DNA from: an uncultured Gemmatimonadales bacterium
Lineage (GTDB): Bacteria; Gemmatimonadota; Gemmatimonadetes; Gemmatimonadales; Gemmatimonadaceae
Direction of reading: 5' to 3'
Assembly (NCBI GenBank): GCA_963707505.1
Contig: CAVPQB010000004.1
Span: 416,001-480,000, forward strand
DNA: 64,000 bases
Positions 59,642 through 64,000 of this stretch are shown piece by piece. Position 1 is the stretch's first letter. Each line of letters begins with the position of its first letter. The notes under the pieces are model-generated. The model had not been told where the DNA came from. It worked only from the letters and a program-made list of their open reading frames with translations, and searched no databases. Made by a program: the position numbers and the translations under genes.

Positions 59642-62600
59642 ATGCTCAAGGGTCGTTTGATTACGGCGCTGGGACTGGCGACGGCGTGCTTACTAGTGAA
59701 GCACGCGGAGCGCCAATGCACAGAACGTTACATCCGGTGGTGTCAGCGGTACGGTGACCGATCAGTCCGGTGCACCAATTCCGGCTGCACAGATTACAGT
59801 CACAAATACCCAAACAGGCGTTTCCGTCAACGCCACTGCACGCGATGGTGGGCGATATTCCGTCCAGGGTCTTGAAGTCGGCGGGCCGTACACCGCCGTC
59901 GTTCGCCGGATCGGCTTTGCGCCGATTACGCGAACGGGCATCATGGTTACCCTCAGCCAATCGACTCGCGTCGATGTCCAGATGACGAGCCAGGCGGCCG
60001 TGCTCAGCGGCGTCCGCATCGAGGGTGCCATCAATCCGGTGATCTCGCCGAGCAAGACCGGAACGGGAACGACGATCTCCGATTCAGCGCTCCGGCGGTT
60101 GCCGACGCTGAACCGGAATTTCACCGACTTCGTTCAGCTCGTTCCGCAGGTGTCCACCAACACCAGCGCGCTCTCGGGCGGCGGTGTCAACATTCGCCAG
60201 AACGGCATCCAGATCGACGGTGCCTCGGCGCAGGACATCTTCGGCATCGGCACCACCGGTCAGCCAGGTGCGAGTGCCGGCGCCAAGTCCATCCCGCTCG
60301 AGTCGGTCAAGGAATACCAGGTGCTGCTGTCTCCGTTCGACGTTCGTCAGGGCAATTTCGGCGGCGTGCTCATCAATGCAGTGACGCAGAGCGGGACGAA
60401 CGAGTTCCACGGCTCAGCGTATGGCTTCACGCGCAACCAGAGCTTCACGCGCACGCAGACGTATCTCACCGATTTCTCCAAGCAGCAGTACGGCTTCTCT
60501 GTCGGTGGCCCGATCATTCGCAACCGCCTCTTCTTCTTCGTGAACCCGGAGTGGCAGCGCCAGACTGCGCCGACGTCGGGTCTGTACGCGGGCTCGCCGA
60601 ATCTTCCGGTCGATCAGTCTTACGTCGACCAGTTCGCGACGATCCTCAAGACCCAGTACGGTCTGACCAACCCGGGTGACCTCGGACGGGTGACGCAGAA
60701 AAGCCCGAACACGAACTTCTTCGGCCGCATCGACGCGTATCTCCCGTTCAACACGCGGCTCGTTCTACGTCACAACTATGCGTCGGCCGACCAGACGAGC
60801 TTCAGTCGCAGCACGGCAGGATCGAACTCGCCGCGTCTCCCGCTCACCTCTTACCAGTACCAGTTCAGCAATACGAGCCACTCGTCGGTTGCCGAGTTCC
60901 TGAGCAACTTCTCGAACGGCATCTTCAACGAGCTGCTACTCAACTACACTACGATTCACGATTTCCGCACCGTGCCGGTGCAGTTCCCATCCGTCACAGT
61001 TCGCGGCATCCCGCGCAACGACGGTCAGACGGGAACGGTGACGCTCGTCGCGGGCACCGAAGCGTCGTCGCAGGGAAACAAGCTCGACCAGACGACGTTC
61101 GAGATCACGGAAAATCTCACGATTCCCCTGGGCGCCCACCATGTCACCATCGGCACGCGCAACCAGTTCTATCACCCGGTCAACCTGTTCGGCCAGAGCT
61201 CGCTCGGATCCTGGTCGTTCCTGAGCCTCGACTCCTTGTCGAAGGGTCTGGCGTCCGGTGATACCGTCGGTGTTCCGGCTCTCAGCGATCCGAACCACGG
61301 CCTCTCGACGTTCCATGCTCGCCAGTACTCCGTGTACGTGCAGGATGCGTGGCAGGTCACGGAACGGTTCAACGTGACCGGCGGTGTGCGCCTCGAGATT
61401 CCCAAGTTCGAGGACGTTCCACCGTTCAATGCTTCGGTCTTCGCCGCGTACGGCCGGAGCACGTCTTCGGTTCCGACGCGCCGCACCGTGTCACCTCGCC
61501 TGGCGTTCAATTGGGATGTCACCGGCGATCAGCGCAATCAGCTGCGCGGTGGCATCGGCTACTTCACCGGCTCACCGCCGTACGTGTATCTCTCGAACGC
61601 GTTCCAGAACTCCGGGCTGAGCGGATATGCGACACTCGTCTGCAGCGGTACGACGAGCGCGACGACGTCGTTCATGCCGCAGCAGTTCAACGCTGCGAAC
61701 ATCGCAACACCGCCGACGTCCTGCGCTGCATCGGGCGCCAAGCCCGGCGCAACGGCGGCACTCAGCTCGACGATCAACACGATCGATCCGAAGTTCCGCT
61801 ACCCGCAGTATCAGAAGATCTCGTTGGCTTACGATCACCAGTTCGGCGGCGGATACGTCGGAACGCTCGAGGGACTCTACACGCACGCTCTCTCGAATCC
61901 GTTCTACCAGAACCTCGCGCTCGCCGGCCCGCAGTCGGTCGACTCGCACGGGCGCGTCGTGTACGGCACGTTCACGGCGACGCGTGCCAACCCGACGACC
62001 ACGGGTCCCACGCAGCAGGTGCTGGACATGACGAGCATGGCTGGTGACTACACCTACAGCCTTACGGGTCAGCTCCAGAAGACCTTCACCGAACCAGTTC
62101 GAGGGCTCGTTGGCCTACACGTACAGCCAGGCGCGTGACGTGGTGACCGTAACCAGCTCAACTGCCAACTCGAACTACCGCTATCAGCGTGATGTATCCG
62201 GCAATGTTACGGACAACAATCTCACGCGCTCCAAGAACGACCAGCCGCACCGCATCATCGCAACAGGCACGTACCACATGCGGACGCGTACGGACGTCTC
62301 GTTCATCTACCAGGGCAGCTCTGGCTCACCGTACGATTACGTCTACGGCAGCGGCGATGCAAACGCCGACGGGCAGACTCAGAACGACCTCATCTACGTC
62401 CCCAAGGACGTGCGTGATCCGAACGAAATTCTCTTCACGGGTTACAACGACCCGGCGAAGGCGGCTTCAGTCGCGACGCAGCAGGCTGCGTTCGACAAGT
62501 TCATCAACAGCGTCCCGTGCCTGCGAGAGAGCCGCGGCAAGATCCTGAGCCGGAATGCCTGCCGGTCGCCGTGGGTCAACGAAGTCGACGTGAGCGTGTC

Positions 62601-62895
62601 CCAGTCGCTCGCGGCGTTCCACCAGCAGAACCTTGCGCTGCGTCTGGACGTCATCAACTTCGGAAATCTGCTCAATCCCAAGTGGGGTCGTCAGGCATTC
62701 GTTTCCAGCGGCGCCGGCCCTTACAGCAGCGCGACGAATCTCCTGACGACGACGGGTTACGTAACGGGGGCAGTCGTCAACGGCATCAACCCGGTACAGG
62801 GGATCTACACGTTCGATTCAAGCACGCAGCGCTATAACGCGCAGAACGTGTCATCCAACTACAGCATGCAGCTATCGCTGCGCTATAGCTTCTAA
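59642..62895 (+). CDS. TonB-dependent receptor (Oar-like, N-terminal carboxypeptidase-regulatory-like domain), frameshifted near 59700 and 62091
   Basis: Signal peptide, GTVTDQSGAPIP, LPTLNRNF, NAVTQSGTNEFHGS, SPRLAFNWD, C-terminal QLSLRYSF. Confidence 0.9.
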
Positions 62896-62910
62896 GTTCC
62901 TGAAAGTAGT

Positions 62911-62957
62911 AAACACAAACGCCGCCACGGTTCAGACCGTGGCGGCGTTTGTGTTTT
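62911..62957. terminator. Bidirectional intrinsic terminator
   Basis: AAACACAAACGCCGCCACGGT-TCAG-ACCGTGGCGGCGTTTGTGTTT, a 21-bp perfect stem. Confidence 0.9.
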
Positions 62958-62985
62958 GTTCTCGGTTGGCGTGTTGCCGGGAACC

Positions 62986-63867
62986 CTAGAACACCTTCAC
63001 ATTTATGTATCGCTTGGGGTTCTTCTTGATATCAGCGACGAGGCTGTCCATCCGCCCCAGCAGCGAGTGTACGTCATTGTAGAGCGCCGGATCGTTGATC
63101 AATTTTGCCGCTGACCCGTTGCCACTGTCTACCTTCGCTACGATCTGATTCAGCGCGCGGCCCGTCGAATCCAGTGACGTGGTCAACGAGCTCATGTTAC
63201 CGCTCGCCGTGCGAAGGTTCGACAGCGTCGAATCTATCTTGGCCGAATCGACCGCCGACGTCGCGCGCCGAAGCGACGTCATGGTAGCGGTAAGCTGGGT
63301 CGACTGCACGGCCGCGATGGCGCTCAGCTGCGACATGAGCTTGTTGGTGCCCGCAAGCGTCTGACGCAGATCCGCAAGACCGCCTCCCGCTACGAGCTCC
63401 TTGTTCATCGCACTCGTAAGTGCAGCGACTGACGTCGTAATCGAATCAGCCTTCGCCGTCAGCTGCGCAATTCCCGCCGATGCAGGACCACTCACCACGG
63501 TATCGCCCTCGACGTACCGCGCGCCCGACGGTTGTGGCGTGAAGTTCACGGCAACGTCTCCGAATATTCCGTTCGGAACCACCGTCGCCGGACTGGGCTT
63601 CGGAATCGGTTGCGCGCTTGTTATTCGCAGCTGAGTCAGGAGGCTCCCATCCGGGCGAAACTGCACGTCCGAGACGTAGCCAACCGCTGCGCCACTCACC
63701 CATACGGGCGCACCCGTCTTGAGGCCGGCTCCCCACGCGAATCTGGCGTACAGCGGATAGCCCTTGGATAGGCCGCCGCGCGCAAGCCATAGCGAGCCGA
63801 TGACGGCGATCACGAGCCCCACCACGATCACTACACCGACCAGAATGTCGTCACGAGTCTTTTTCAT
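62986..63867 (-). CDS. mlaD: MlaD/MCE family protein
   Basis: N-terminal TM, MCE motif GLKTGAPVWVSGAAVGYV, helical tail ending DIKKNPKRY. Confidence 0.88.
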   Translation of the reverse strand: MKKTRDDILVGVVIVVGLVIAVIGSLWLARGGLSKGYPLYARFAWGAGLKTGAPVWVSGAAVGYVSDVQFRPDGSLLTQLRITSAQPIPKPSPATVVPNGIFGDVAVNFTPQPSGARYVEGDTVVSGPASAGIAQLTAKADSITTSVAALTSAMNKELVAGGGLADLRQTLAGTNKLMSQLSAIAAVQSTQLTATMTSLRRATSAVDSAKIDSTLSNLRTASGNMSSLTTSLDSTGRALNQIVAKVDSGNGSAAKLINDPALYNDVHSLLGRMDSLVADIKKNPKRYINVKVF

Positions 63868-63880
63868 ATTGTCAGCCGGA

Positions 63881-64000
63881 TCAGGCCTGAAGGTATGGCG
63901 CCAGGAGCAGCGCGGTAACGGCATCGAGTACAAGTATCGCTACCGACGTTATGACAACCGCAGCAGCTGTGCTTCTTCCAACTCCCTCTGCGCCCGCGTT
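63881..64000 (-). CDS. mlaE: MlaE family ABC permease, C-terminal fragment
   Basis: Manual translation NAGAEGVGRSTAAAVVITSVAILVLDAVTALLLAPYLQA* matches the MlaE GAEGVG motif; lies upstream of mlaD. Confidence 0.85.
   Translation of the reverse strand, partial: NAGAEGVGRSTAAAVVITSVAILVLDAVTALLLAPYLQA

Overview
A GC-rich (~62-63% by eye) bacterial chromosomal segment of mostly housekeeping and envelope genes. It is probably from a Gemmatimonadota-like organism (inference from gene style: Oar-like TonB receptor, PEP-CTERM protein, DUF2723, D-S/T-rich exported proteins). It runs from the 3' end of leuS through an ECF/anti-sigma/VIT1/DUF1800 operon, tetR-tolC-hlyD, metH-yitJ, a two-component system, nth-ppi-ccmABCD-cobA/hemD, a phosphoesterase-RND-ppa block, an ECF/DUF2723 pair, a small biosynthetic cluster, peptidases, heme o/a synthases and a TonB receptor to mlaD/mlaE. 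I saw no rRNA, tRNA, CRISPR array, transposase or prophage. At least eight genes carry single-base frameshifts, most likely long-read indel errors. Main leads: (1) an ECF sigma factor fused to a transmembrane helix and a Cys-flanked tail with three D-(S/T)-x sequons, translationally coupled to a TMEM260/DUF2723-family glycosyltransferase, a candidate glycosylation-sensing system; (2) a FabF + SRPBCC cyclase + methyltransferase + flavoprotein + DUF92 cluster lacking a chain-length factor and ACP; (3) a structured, terminator-containing leader behind a sigma54-like promoter of the PEP-CTERM gene; (4) a SAM-II-like riboswitch with a terminator before metH; (5) several small ORFs, including a stand-alone COX2-TM-like peptide.
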